Of a stretch of DNA of 37,481 nt, positions 19,231 through 27,313 are shown piece by piece (position 1 is the first letter of the stretch; the number at the start of each line of letters is the position of its first letter). The position numbers were made by a program, and so were the translations under genes. The notes under the pieces are model-generated. The model did not search any database, was not told the origin of the DNA, and saw nothing but the letters and a program-made list of their open reading frames with translations. Location of the stretch: positions 1-37,481 of the forward strand of contig JBJMHS010000038.1 of assembly GCA_045807245.1 (NCBI GenBank), in the 5' to 3' direction. Source of the stretch: Actinomycetales bacterium. Its GTDB lineage: Bacteria; Actinomycetota; Actinomycetes; Actinomycetales; CAVURS01.

Positions 19231-21158
19231 GCGAACCCCTCGATCGCGACATCTATCGTCGCGAGGGCCTGATCGATGCCCTGCCCCCGCGCACGGGTGC
19301 GGCGTCGGGGGCAGAGCCGGACGGAGTCGGGCGGGTCCGGATCATGTTCGACCCGGCGGACCGTGAGGTACGGGTGCCGCCCGGTGTCAGCGTCTTCGAC
19401 GCGGCGAGCTGGAACGGCATCGCGATCGACTCGACCTGTGGCGGTCACGGCACCTGCAAGAAGTGCAAGGTCCAGGTGACTGGCGGCACGGTGGCCGTCA
19501 ACCGGCTCGACCAGCGCGCCTTCACGCCGGACCAGCTCCGGGCCGGATGGCGGCTGGCCTGCCTGGTACAGCCGGCCCAGGATGTGCGGGTCGACGTACC
19601 GCCCATGACGACCCGGCCGAAGGCCGCCACCGTCGGCGTCGGACGGCAGGTGATCCTGCGACCGGCTCTGCAGAAGCGGTACGTCGAGCTGAGCGAGCCG
19701 ACCCTGTCCGACCAACAGACGGACCTCGAGCGGTTGCTCGCGGCCGTCGACGACATCGAACTACGGGTCGACCTGCACGCACTGCGTCGCCTGCCAATAG
19801 TGCTGCGGGCCAACAACTTTGCCCTCACTGCCGTGATCGTCGACGACATCCTGATCGACGTCGAGGCGGGCGATACGACCGAGCGCCGGCATGCCGTCGC
19901 CTTCGACCTCGGCACCACGACGGTCGTGGCCACACTGCTCGACCTGGCCACGGGCACGCCGCTCGCCGTGCGCTCGATGCTGAACAAGCAGCAACCGTTC
20001 GGCGGCGACGTCATCACCCGGATCAGCGCGGCGATGATGGACCCCGAGACACTTCCCCGGCTGACGGCGGCTGCCCACGCCACCTTGAACGAGCTGACGC
20101 GCGAGGTCTGCGAGGAGGGCGGTGTCCCGCCCGAGGAGGTCTACGAGATCGCCCTGGCGGGCAACGCGACGATGACCCAGCTCGCGCTCGGCATCGACCC
20201 CGAGGCGCTCGGCGTGGCGCCGTTCGTGATGGCGACCCGCAGCATGCCCGAGCTGCTGGCCAGCGAGATCGGTCTGGCCGTGCACCCCCGAGCCCGGGCC
20301 TTCCTGTTCCCCGCCCTCGGTGCGTACGTCGGCGGTGACATCGTCGCCGGCATGCTCGCCTCGGGGATGGACCGCGACAAGCGGCTGCGGCTGTTCATCG
20401 ACGTCGGCACCAACTGCGAGATCGTCCTGGGCAACGGGGAACGGATCCTGTCGACGGCGGCACCGGCGGGGCCGGCCTTCGAGGGAGCCCAGATCCGGTG
20501 CGGCATGCGCGCGGCGGACGGCGCGATCGAGGTGGTGAAGATCGTCGACGGCGAGGTCGCCCTGCAGGTCATCGGCGACGTGCCGCCGCAGGGACTCTGC
20601 GGGTCCGGTCTGGTCGACGCGGTGGCGGCGCTCGTTGAGGTGGGGCTCCTCGACGGGTCGGGCCGGTTCATCGCCGAGGACGCCGCCCGGGAGCTGTTGC
20701 CTTCGCTGGCGCCCCGACTCGGTGAGATCCACGGAGAGCGGGTCTTCGCCCTGCACTGGCAGGACGAGCCCGGCGACTTCGTGGACTCGATCTACCTCTC
20801 CCAGCGCGACGTGCGTGAGCTGCAGTTCGCGAAGGCCGCCATCGCCACGGGTTGGCACCTGCTGGTCGAGGAGATGGGCGCCGAGGTGTCCGACGTACAG
20901 CAGGTCCTGCTGGCGGGGTCGTTCGGCAGCTACCTGTCACCGGCCAGTGCGGTCCGGATCGGTCTGGTGCCGAAGATCCCCGTCCTGCGCATCGTCAGCG
21001 CGGGCAACGTGGCCGGCGAGGGCGCCAAGATGACCCTGCTGTCGAGCCGCGAGCGGGTGGGTGCGCAGACGCTGCTGGAGGAGGTGCGCTATGTCGAGCT
21101 CTCCGACCGGCCGGACTTCAACGACCGCTTCATCGACCTCCTGGCCTTCCCCGGCTGA
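19227..21158 (+). CDS. ATP-dependent corrinoid reactivase (RACE; N-terminal 2Fe-2S plus ASKHA/DUF4445)
   Basis: CGGHGTCKKC...RLAC ferredoxin motif; DLGTT, DVGTNCE, GPAFEG, CGSG; GTG overlaps upstream stop (GTGA). Confidence 0.92.
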   Translation: MSEPLDRDIYRREGLIDALPPRTGAASGAEPDGVGRVRIMFDPADREVRVPPGVSVFDAASWNGIAIDSTCGGHGTCKKCKVQVTGGTVAVNRLDQRAFTPDQLRAGWRLACLVQPAQDVRVDVPPMTTRPKAATVGVGRQVILRPALQKRYVELSEPTLSDQQTDLERLLAAVDDIELRVDLHALRRLPIVLRANNFALTAVIVDDILIDVEAGDTTERRHAVAFDLGTTTVVATLLDLATGTPLAVRSMLNKQQPFGGDVITRISAAMMDPETLPRLTAAAHATLNELTREVCEEGGVPPEEVYEIALAGNATMTQLALGIDPEALGVAPFVMATRSMPELLASEIGLAVHPRARAFLFPALGAYVGGDIVAGMLASGMDRDKRLRLFIDVGTNCEIVLGNGERILSTAAPAGPAFEGAQIRCGMRAADGAIEVVKIVDGEVALQVIGDVPPQGLCGSGLVDAVAALVEVGLLDGSGRFIAEDAARELLPSLAPRLGEIHGERVFALHWQDEPGDFVDSIYLSQRDVRELQFAKAAIATGWHLLVEEMGAEVSDVQQVLLAGSFGSYLSPASAVRIGLVPKIPVLRIVSAGNVAGEGAKMTLLSSRERVGAQTLLEEVRYVELSDRPDFNDRFIDLLAFPG

Positions 21159-21171
21159 GGAGTCCCTGTCG

Positions 21172-21807
21172 CTGCCCGCCGACGAGACCATCCGGACGCC
21201 GGCGCCCGCTCGCCGGCCGGGAGCCACCGTTGCGGTGGTGGCCTGCGGCGCCATCGCCGCGCATATCGCAGAGATCGTCGACCGGCGCGACTGGCCGGTG
21301 GACGTGCACCCGTTGCCGCCGTTGCTGCACAACCATCCCGAGACGATCGCCGCAGCGCTCGAGCGGCGGATCGGGGAGCTGCGGCCGTCGTACCGCACCG
21401 TCGCGGTGGGCTACGCGGACTGCGGCTCGTACGGCGGGGTCGACGAGCTGTGTCTGCGGCTCGGCGTCGAGCGCCTGCGCGGCTCGCACTGCTACGACAT
21501 CTTCGCCGGCGAGCAGCGGCTGCGGGAGATCTTCGAGGCGCAGCCGGGGACGTACGTGCTGACCGACTTCCTGGTCCGCGCCTTCGACCGGCTCGTCGTC
21601 CAGGAGCTCGGGCTGGACCGGCATCCGGAGCTGCGCGAGGACTACTTCGGCAACTACACGCGCGTCGTCTGGCTGGCCCAGCGCCCCGACGACGAGCTCA
21701 CCGGGGCCGCCGACGAGGCCGCCCGGCGGCTCGGCCTCCCCCTGGAGATCGTCCGCGTCGGTGACGAGGGGCTGGAGCGCGAGCTGCGCGACCTGCTCGG
21801 CGCGTGA
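21172..21807 (+). CDS. DUF1638-like protein (corrinoid-system accessory)
   Basis: ACGAIA, LHNHPE, GYADCG, HCYDIFAG, GTYVLTDFL pattern. Start uncertain (CTG 21172 after GAGGAG, or GTG 21235). Confidence 0.8.
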   Translation: MPADETIRTPAPARRPGATVAVVACGAIAAHIAEIVDRRDWPVDVHPLPPLLHNHPETIAAALERRIGELRPSYRTVAVGYADCGSYGGVDELCLRLGVERLRGSHCYDIFAGEQRLREIFEAQPGTYVLTDFLVRAFDRLVVQELGLDRHPELREDYFGNYTRVVWLAQRPDDELTGAADEAARRLGLPLEIVRVGDEGLERELRDLLGA

Positions 21808-21819
21808 CCGGCCCTGAGG

Positions 21820-22683
21820 TCAGGCCGGCACGCGGGACCGGGTCAGCAGCGCCTGCCGCCAGCGCTCGGTCTCGGCGACCTGGTTGAACGTGAACACGTG
21901 CAGGCCGGCGATGTTCGGGTCCCCCGTCACGGTCGCACCCGACACCTGGCGCAGGAGCTTCTCGGGTGAGTAACCGCCGGGCGAGGCCAGCCGCATGAAC
22001 CACGAGACGTGGTTGGTCAGGAACCGCGTCGACTCCCCCACCCCGATCTTGCCGGCCATCGACAGCAGCTTCGTCGTCTCGACCGGTCCGGCCAGCCCGA
22101 GCTGGACGGGCAACGTGACGCCGCGGCGGCGGATCCGGGACAGCCAGGTCGTCAGGACCTTCGCGTCGAAACAGAGGTTGCTGACGATGTACGTCGCGTG
22201 CGCGCGCTTGTCCCACATGGCCTGCACGGTGATGTCGTCGTCGATCGACGGGTGCGTCTCCGGATAGCCGGTGATGCCGACCGAGCGGAACGGGCTGCCC
22301 AAGGCCTTCAGGTCGGCGAGCAACGGCAGGGAGCCCTCGTAGATGCCCGCGGGCTCCACCGCGTCGCCGGCGGGGACGAAGACGTTGTCGATCCCGACGG
22401 CCTGCATCTGGGCGACGATGTCGCTCAGGTGTTGCTTGTCGACCACCAGCCGGGCCGAGACATGCGGCACGACCGTGTAGCCGGCCCGGGCCAGCCGCTC
22501 GGCCAGGCCGAGCGTCGTCTCCAAGCCCTTGGTCGGTGACGCGGTCACGGTGACCGTGAGGTCCTTCGGTACGGACGCGAGCACCTTGTCCTCGATCGAG
22601 GCGGTGGGGATGACCTCGTACCGGGCGCGCTGGAGCAACGCGAGCGCGTTGCCCGGGAGAGGCCGCGTGGCCGTCCGCATCAC
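21820..22683 (-). CDS. metF: Methylenetetrahydrofolate reductase
   Basis: YEVIP, PHVSAR, AGD, GYPETHP, LCFD, GLHVFTFNQ; leaderless GTG/ATG at 22683/22680. Confidence 0.88.
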   Translation of the reverse strand: MMRTATRPLPGNALALLQRARYEVIPTASIEDKVLASVPKDLTVTVTASPTKGLETTLGLAERLARAGYTVVPHVSARLVVDKQHLSDIVAQMQAVGIDNVFVPAGDAVEPAGIYEGSLPLLADLKALGSPFRSVGITGYPETHPSIDDDITVQAMWDKRAHATYIVSNLCFDAKVLTTWLSRIRRRGVTLPVQLGLAGPVETTKLLSMAGKIGVGESTRFLTNHVSWFMRLASPGGYSPEKLLRQVSGATVTGDPNIAGLHVFTFNQVAETERWRQALLTRSRVPA

Positions 22684-22740
22684 GGTCCAACCGTACTGGC
22701 TCCGTGCCGCTTTGTGCAGTCGTGCAGCGCAGGACGCAAC
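22684..22740 (-). promoter_or_regulatory. Leaderless metF promoter, near copy of the betA promoter block
   Basis: GTTGCG-TCCTG-CGCTGC, then TGCACA-17nt-TACGGT-6nt-GTG; 22710-22740 is 27/31 identical to 14321-14351. Confidence 0.7.
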
Positions 22741-22747
22741 AGAGCAC

Positions 22748-23926
22748 TCACAAGGACTTGCGGAGCCGGACGAACGGGCGCGGGCGGTCGATGCCCAGGA
22801 CCGCGACCGGTTGGCCCCTCCGGCGGTAGACCGCGAGCAGGCTGCGCTCGGCTTCGCTGCCCTCCTCCACCGTGACCTCGTCGCCCGGGCGGACGTGCCC
22901 GGCGAACTGGATCCGGACGCCGTACTGGTCGGACCAGAAGTACGGCGCCCGCCCGCCCCGCGGCGCCGGCGGCTCGCGCCCGAGCAGCGTGGCGGCGGCG
23001 AGGGGGCCGCGTTCGTGGGCCGAGGTCCAGTGCTCCACCCGCTGGGGGGCACCAGCGTCGTCGTCGTACCACGCGGCACAGTCGCCGACCGCGACCACGC
23101 CCGGGTAGCCGGTCGCACCGGAGGCGTCGCAGTGGATCGCCCCGTGACGCTCGTCCAGCGTCAGGCCACTGCCGGCCAGCCAGCCGGTCGTCGGCCGGGC
23201 CCCGATCCCGACCACGACGACGTCGGCGGGCAGGACGCGCCCGTCCGCGAGCTCGACGCCTTCGACCCGGCCGGCGCCGCCGGTGCCACCGAGCAGACTG
23301 CGCACCCCGACGCCACACTCCAGGACCGTGCCGCCGGTGGCGTGCAGGCTGGAGACCACCCGCGCCATCTGTTCACCGAGCTGAGGCACGAGCGGCAGCG
23401 GCGCCGCCTCGACCACCGTGACGTCGAGCCCCAGATGGCGCGCGGTCGACGCGACCTCCGAACCGATGAACCCCGCGCCCACGACGACCAGGCGGGCTCC
23501 GGGCCTGAGGTCGTCGCGCAGCAGGCGGGCGTCGTCGATCGTCCGCAGCAGGTGGACCCCCCCGAGCACCGGTGTCCCTGGCAGGGCCATCGGGTGCGCG
23601 CCCGTCGCCAGCACGAAGCCGTCGGCCGGCAGGACGTCTGCGTCATCGACCGTCAGGGTCTTGGCCTCCGGGTCGAACGACGTCGCGGCCGCGCCCAGAC
23701 GCCAGTCGATGCGCAGGTCCTCCCCCGGCATCTCCAGGCTGAGCGAGGGCTCCTCGATCGCACCGGCCAGGAACTCCTTGGACAGGGGCGGCCGGTCGTA
23801 GGGCCGGTGCCGTTCGGCCCCGACCAGGGTGAGCCGGCCGTCGTACCCCTGCGCGCGCAGCGCCCGCGCGGTGCTGATGCCCGCGAGCGAGCCGCCGACC
23901 ACGACGACATGGCGCAGCGCGGGCAT
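22748..23926 (-). CDS. FAD/NAD(P)H-dependent ferredoxin reductase (HcaD/BphA4-like)
   Basis: GGSLAG, YDRPPLSK, GAGFIGSE, AVGDCA, RVEHW, PYFWSDQY. Confidence 0.93.
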   Translation of the reverse strand: MPALRHVVVVGGSLAGISTARALRAQGYDGRLTLVGAERHRPYDRPPLSKEFLAGAIEEPSLSLEMPGEDLRIDWRLGAAATSFDPEAKTLTVDDADVLPADGFVLATGAHPMALPGTPVLGGVHLLRTIDDARLLRDDLRPGARLVVVGAGFIGSEVASTARHLGLDVTVVEAAPLPLVPQLGEQMARVVSSLHATGGTVLECGVGVRSLLGGTGGAGRVEGVELADGRVLPADVVVVGIGARPTTGWLAGSGLTLDERHGAIHCDASGATGYPGVVAVGDCAAWYDDDAGAPQRVEHWTSAHERGPLAAATLLGREPPAPRGGRAPYFWSDQYGVRIQFAGHVRPGDEVTVEEGSEAERSLLAVYRRRGQPVAVLGIDRPRPFVRLRKSL

Positions 23927-23969
23927 GCGGAGCCGTTCCTCTCCTTGGTCGACGAGACAGCTTGGGCGC

Positions 23970-24314
23970 CTACTGCGCGCTGCGCGGCAGGTTGGGCGAG
24001 TCGGTGCTGAGGACGACGTGCACCACGTCGTCCTGGACGACGACCTGGTGGGTGCGTACCGGCCGGACTGCCGGCGGCGCGTCGACCGCTCCGGTGCGCA
24101 GGTCGAACCGGGACGAGTGCAGTGGGCACTCGATCTCGCAGCCCTCGAGCCAGCCGTCGGCCAGCGACGCCCGCTCGTGCGTGCAGGTGTCGTCGATCGC
24201 GTAGAACTCGCCGTCCTCGGCGTGGAAGACGGCGATCGGCGGGTCGGCGTCCGGCGGGCCCACCCGCAGCGCTTCCCCGACCGGCAGCTCGGACACCGGG
24301 CAGATCGTCAGCAT
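23970..24314 (-). CDS. Rieske-type ferredoxin (HcaC-like)
   Basis: CTH...CPLH Rieske ligands, FDLRTG; 114 aa. Confidence 0.93.
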   Translation of the reverse strand: MLTICPVSELPVGEALRVGPPDADPPIAVFHAEDGEFYAIDDTCTHERASLADGWLEGCEIECPLHSSRFDLRTGAVDAPPAVRPVRTHQVVVQDDVVHVVLSTDSPNLPRSAQ

Positions 24315-24327
24315 GCCGAGAACCTAT

Positions 24328-24351
24328 CCTGTTGGACGCGCGTCCAACAGG
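24328..24351. promoter_or_regulatory. Perfect 24-bp palindrome (operator or terminator)
   Basis: CCTGTTGGACGC|GCGTCCAACAGG between the copA stop and the ferredoxin -10 (TAGGTT 24321-24326). Confidence 0.55.
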
Positions 24352-24355
24352 CAGG

Positions 24356-26503
24356 TCAGATCCGGGTGGCCCGCAGGCGCAGGGCGTTGGTGATCACGCT
24401 GACCGAGGACAGCGCCATCGCGGCGGCGGCGATCACCGGCGACAGCAACCACCCGAAGGCCGGGTAGAGCACCCCGGCCGCCACCGGGATGCCGGCCACG
24501 TTGTAGACGAAGGCGAACCCGAGGTTCTGCCGGATGTTCGCCATGGTCGCCTCGGAGAGCCGGCGAGCGCGCACGATGCCGGTCAGGTCGCCCTGCAGCA
24601 ACGTGATGCCCGCGCTCTCCATGGCCACGTCGGTGCCCGACCCCATCGCGATGCCGACGTCCGCTGCAGCGAGGGCCGGCGCGTCGTTGATCCCGTCGCC
24701 GGCCATCGCGACCACGTGTCCCGCGTCCCGCAGGCGGGACACGGCCTCGCTCTTGCGCTCCGGCCGGACCTCGGCCTCCACCTGCTCGATGCCCAGCTCG
24801 CGGGCCACGGCCTCGGCGGTGATGCGGTGGTCGCCGGTCAACATCACCACGTGCACTCCGGCCGCCCGGAGCGCGTCGAGTGCCTGCGGTGTCGTGGGCT
24901 TGGCCCGGTCGGCGATCGCGATGACACCTGCGGGCTGCCCGTCGACGCCGACCAGGACCGCAGTCGCACCCGTGAGGCGAAGCTGGGCTGCCGACGTCTC
25001 CAGGACGGCGGGGTCGACCGACTGGGAGGCCAGGAAGTCCGCCGTACCGATCACCACGTGGTGACCCTCGACTCGGCCGGTGACTCCTCGACCGGCGTGC
25101 GCGTCGAAGTGCTGCACGGGCGGAAGCGCTCCAGGTCCGGCGGCCGCCACGACGGCCTGGGCCAACGGGTGCTCGGACGCCTGCTCGACCGCCGCGGCCC
25201 AGCGCAGCAGGTCTGCCGGGTCGAGCGAGCCGGCAGGTTGCACCCGGGTGACCGACGGGCGCCCCTCGGTCAGCGTCCCGGTCTTGTCGACGACGACCGT
25301 GTCGACTCGTTCGAGCAGCTCCAGCGCCTGGGCGTTCTTGATCAGGACACCCATTCGGGCGCCCCGTCCGACACCCACCATGATGGACATCGGCGTCGCC
25401 AGCCCGAGCGCGCAGGGGCAGGCGATGATCAGTACGGCGACCGCCACCACGAGCGCGTGGGCCAACCGGGGCTGAGGACCGGTGAGCGCCCAGACGGCGA
25501 ACGCGACGACGGCGGCGGCGATGACGGCGGGCACGAACCACGCGGCCACGCGGTCGGCGGTGCGCTGGATCGGTGCGCGCGACCGTTGCGCTTCGGCAAC
25601 CATCTGCACGATGCGGGCCAGCATGGTGTCGCGGCCCACGGCGTCGGCCCGCATGATGAACCCGCCTGTGGCGTTCAACGAACCGCCGACCACCCGGTCG
25701 CCCGGGTCCTTGCGGACCGGCATGGACTCCCCCGTGACGAGCGACTCGTCCACCGTCGACGTACCAGACTCGAGCAGTCCGTCCACCGGGACCTTCTCCC
25801 CCGGGCGGACGCGCAGGCGGTCACCGCGACGGACCTCCTCCAGCCCGACGTCCTGCTCGGAGCCGTCGGAGGTGAGCCGGCGGGCCGTCTTAGGCGCCAG
25901 GTCGAGCAGCGCTCGGATGGCCCCCGAGGTCTGTTCGCGGGCCCGCAGCTCGAGCACCTGCCCCAGGAGCACCAAGGCCGTGATCACGGCTGCGGCCTCG
26001 AAGTACACCGCCACCGTGCCGCCCATCGTGCGGAACGACGCGGGGAAGAGCTGCGGCCGCACCGTCGCGACCGTGCTGTAGACCCAGGCGACACCGGTGC
26101 CCATCGCGATCAGCGTGAACATGTTGAGCCGCATGGTGCGGACCGAGGTCCAGGCCCGGGCGAAGAACGGCCAGCCGGCCCAGAGCACGACCGGGGTGGC
26201 GAGCACGAGCTGCAGCCAGTTCGAGGTCGACGCGGAGACCGCGTCCTCGAGCGCCCCGACCAGCTCGCGTCCCATCTCCAGGGCTACGACCGGCACAGCC
26301 AGGACGGCGGCGACCCAGAACCGGCGGGTCATGTCGGCCAGCTCCGCGTTCGGACCCGTCTCCGCGGTGACCGTGACCGGCTCCAGGGCCATCCCGCAGA
26401 TCGGGCAGGCACCCGGGCCCGGTCGCCGGATCTCCGGATGCATCGGGCAGGTGTACTCCACCGTCGGACCGCTCGCCGCGGTCAGGGTCCGCTCGCTCAC
26501 CAC
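24356..26503 (-). CDS. copA: Cu(I)-exporting P1B-type ATPase
   Basis: N-terminal YTCPMHP...[10 protein letters not shown] metal-binding motif, TGES, CPC, DKTGT, SEHP, GDGIND, YN and MALSS Cu(I) ligands. Confidence 0.93.
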   Translation of the reverse strand: MVSERTLTAASGPTVEYTCPMHPEIRRPGPGACPICGMALEPVTVTAETGPNAELADMTRRFWVAAVLAVPVVALEMGRELVGALEDAVSASTSNWLQLVLATPVVLWAGWPFFARAWTSVRTMRLNMFTLIAMGTGVAWVYSTVATVRPQLFPASFRTMGGTVAVYFEAAAVITALVLLGQVLELRAREQTSGAIRALLDLAPKTARRLTSDGSEQDVGLEEVRRGDRLRVRPGEKVPVDGLLESGTSTVDESLVTGESMPVRKDPGDRVVGGSLNATGGFIMRADAVGRDTMLARIVQMVAEAQRSRAPIQRTADRVAAWFVPAVIAAAVVAFAVWALTGPQPRLAHALVVAVAVLIIACPCALGLATPMSIMVGVGRGARMGVLIKNAQALELLERVDTVVVDKTGTLTEGRPSVTRVQPAGSLDPADLLRWAAAVEQASEHPLAQAVVAAAGPGALPPVQHFDAHAGRGVTGRVEGHHVVIGTADFLASQSVDPAVLETSAAQLRLTGATAVLVGVDGQPAGVIAIADRAKPTTPQALDALRAAGVHVVMLTGDHRITAEAVARELGIEQVEAEVRPERKSEAVSRLRDAGHVVAMAGDGINDAPALAAADVGIAMGSGTDVAMESAGITLLQGDLTGIVRARRLSEATMANIRQNLGFAFVYNVAGIPVAAGVLYPAFGWLLSPVIAAAAMALSSVSVITNALRLRATRI

Positions 26504-26511
26504 CCCAGTTA

Positions 26512-26528
26512 ATACCCCTGGGGGGTAT
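26512..26528. promoter_or_regulatory. CsoR/RicR-type copper-responsive operator
   Basis: ATACCCC-TGG-GGGGTAT directly upstream of copA, just downstream of a TTGCCA -35 on the minus strand. Confidence 0.8.
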
Positions 26529-26548
26529 CTGGCAACCCCGTGACCCGG

Positions 26549-27265
26549 TCAGGAAGCGGTGGCCGTTCGACGTCGGCGGCGTACCCCCACCATGTACGGC
26601 ACGCCCGAGCCCGCGACGGCCAGTGTCCTTCCCACCCGTCCCAGAAACGATGGGCCGGGCGGCAGAGCGGGCGAAGCCGGGAGGTCCGCGACGTCCAGGT
26701 AGTACGCGCGAACCGGCCCGATCCCCTCGAGCTCCTGGGACACCTCCTGCGCCGGACCAGGCATCGGGGCGGCCGAGGTGCGGTAGAGCTCCTCGGACAT
26801 GAGCAGGTACTCGGGAACCTGCACGGGGTTCTTCAGCAGCCGGTGGACGAGGATGACGTCGATCCCGACGAGCTTGCGTTGCTGCCGGATGGTCTGCGTG
26901 GCGACCTCGCCGATGTGGGCGACGAACTTCAGCTTCAGGTTCTCCGCCTGGGTACAACCGTCGCACGGGCAAAGGTTGGTCGCGACGTACTGCCGCTCGA
27001 GGTGGAACGCGCGGTGCATGGCCGTGGCGGCCTGCAGAGTCAGCGGGACACTGGCGTCACGGTCCACGTCGTCGGCCTGAAGTGAGAGGAAGGCTGCATC
27101 ACCTTCGATCTCGATCAGGTCGAACTCCGGCACGGCATCGATCACCTTCTCCAGCAGCCGCGCGGTGTTGACCTCGGCGTGCGCAAGGCTCATCCGATGG
27201 AAGCGCATGTACTCCGTGTACCCGCCGATGTCAGCGATGAGCAGGAGCGAACGCCCGGACGCCAT
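26549..27265 (-). CDS. DUF2652-like protein with class III nucleotidyl cyclase-like fold
   Basis: ADIGGYT and EIEGDA (two metal-binding Asp positions), CPCDGC insert, LKFVAHIGE, GIDVILVHRLLKN. Confidence 0.8.
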   Translation of the reverse strand: MASGRSLLLIADIGGYTEYMRFHRMSLAHAEVNTARLLEKVIDAVPEFDLIEIEGDAAFLSLQADDVDRDASVPLTLQAATAMHRAFHLERQYVATNLCPCDGCTQAENLKLKFVAHIGEVATQTIRQQRKLVGIDVILVHRLLKNPVQVPEYLLMSEELYRTSAAPMPGPAQEVSQELEGIGPVRAYYLDVADLPASPALPPGPSFLGRVGRTLAVAGSGVPYMVGVRRRRRTATAS

Positions 27266-27313
27266 GCGTGACCGTACCAACACCCCGACCCTCGGCCAGG
27301 ATCCGAAGGCGGG

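Noticed and set aside
24122..26512. Long antisense ORFs (e.g. 24122..26512+, 14858..16795+, 12534..14372+, 9948..11666+, 36332..37441-)
   Set aside because: Shadow frames of real genes caused by high-GC codon bias; no recognisable motifs.
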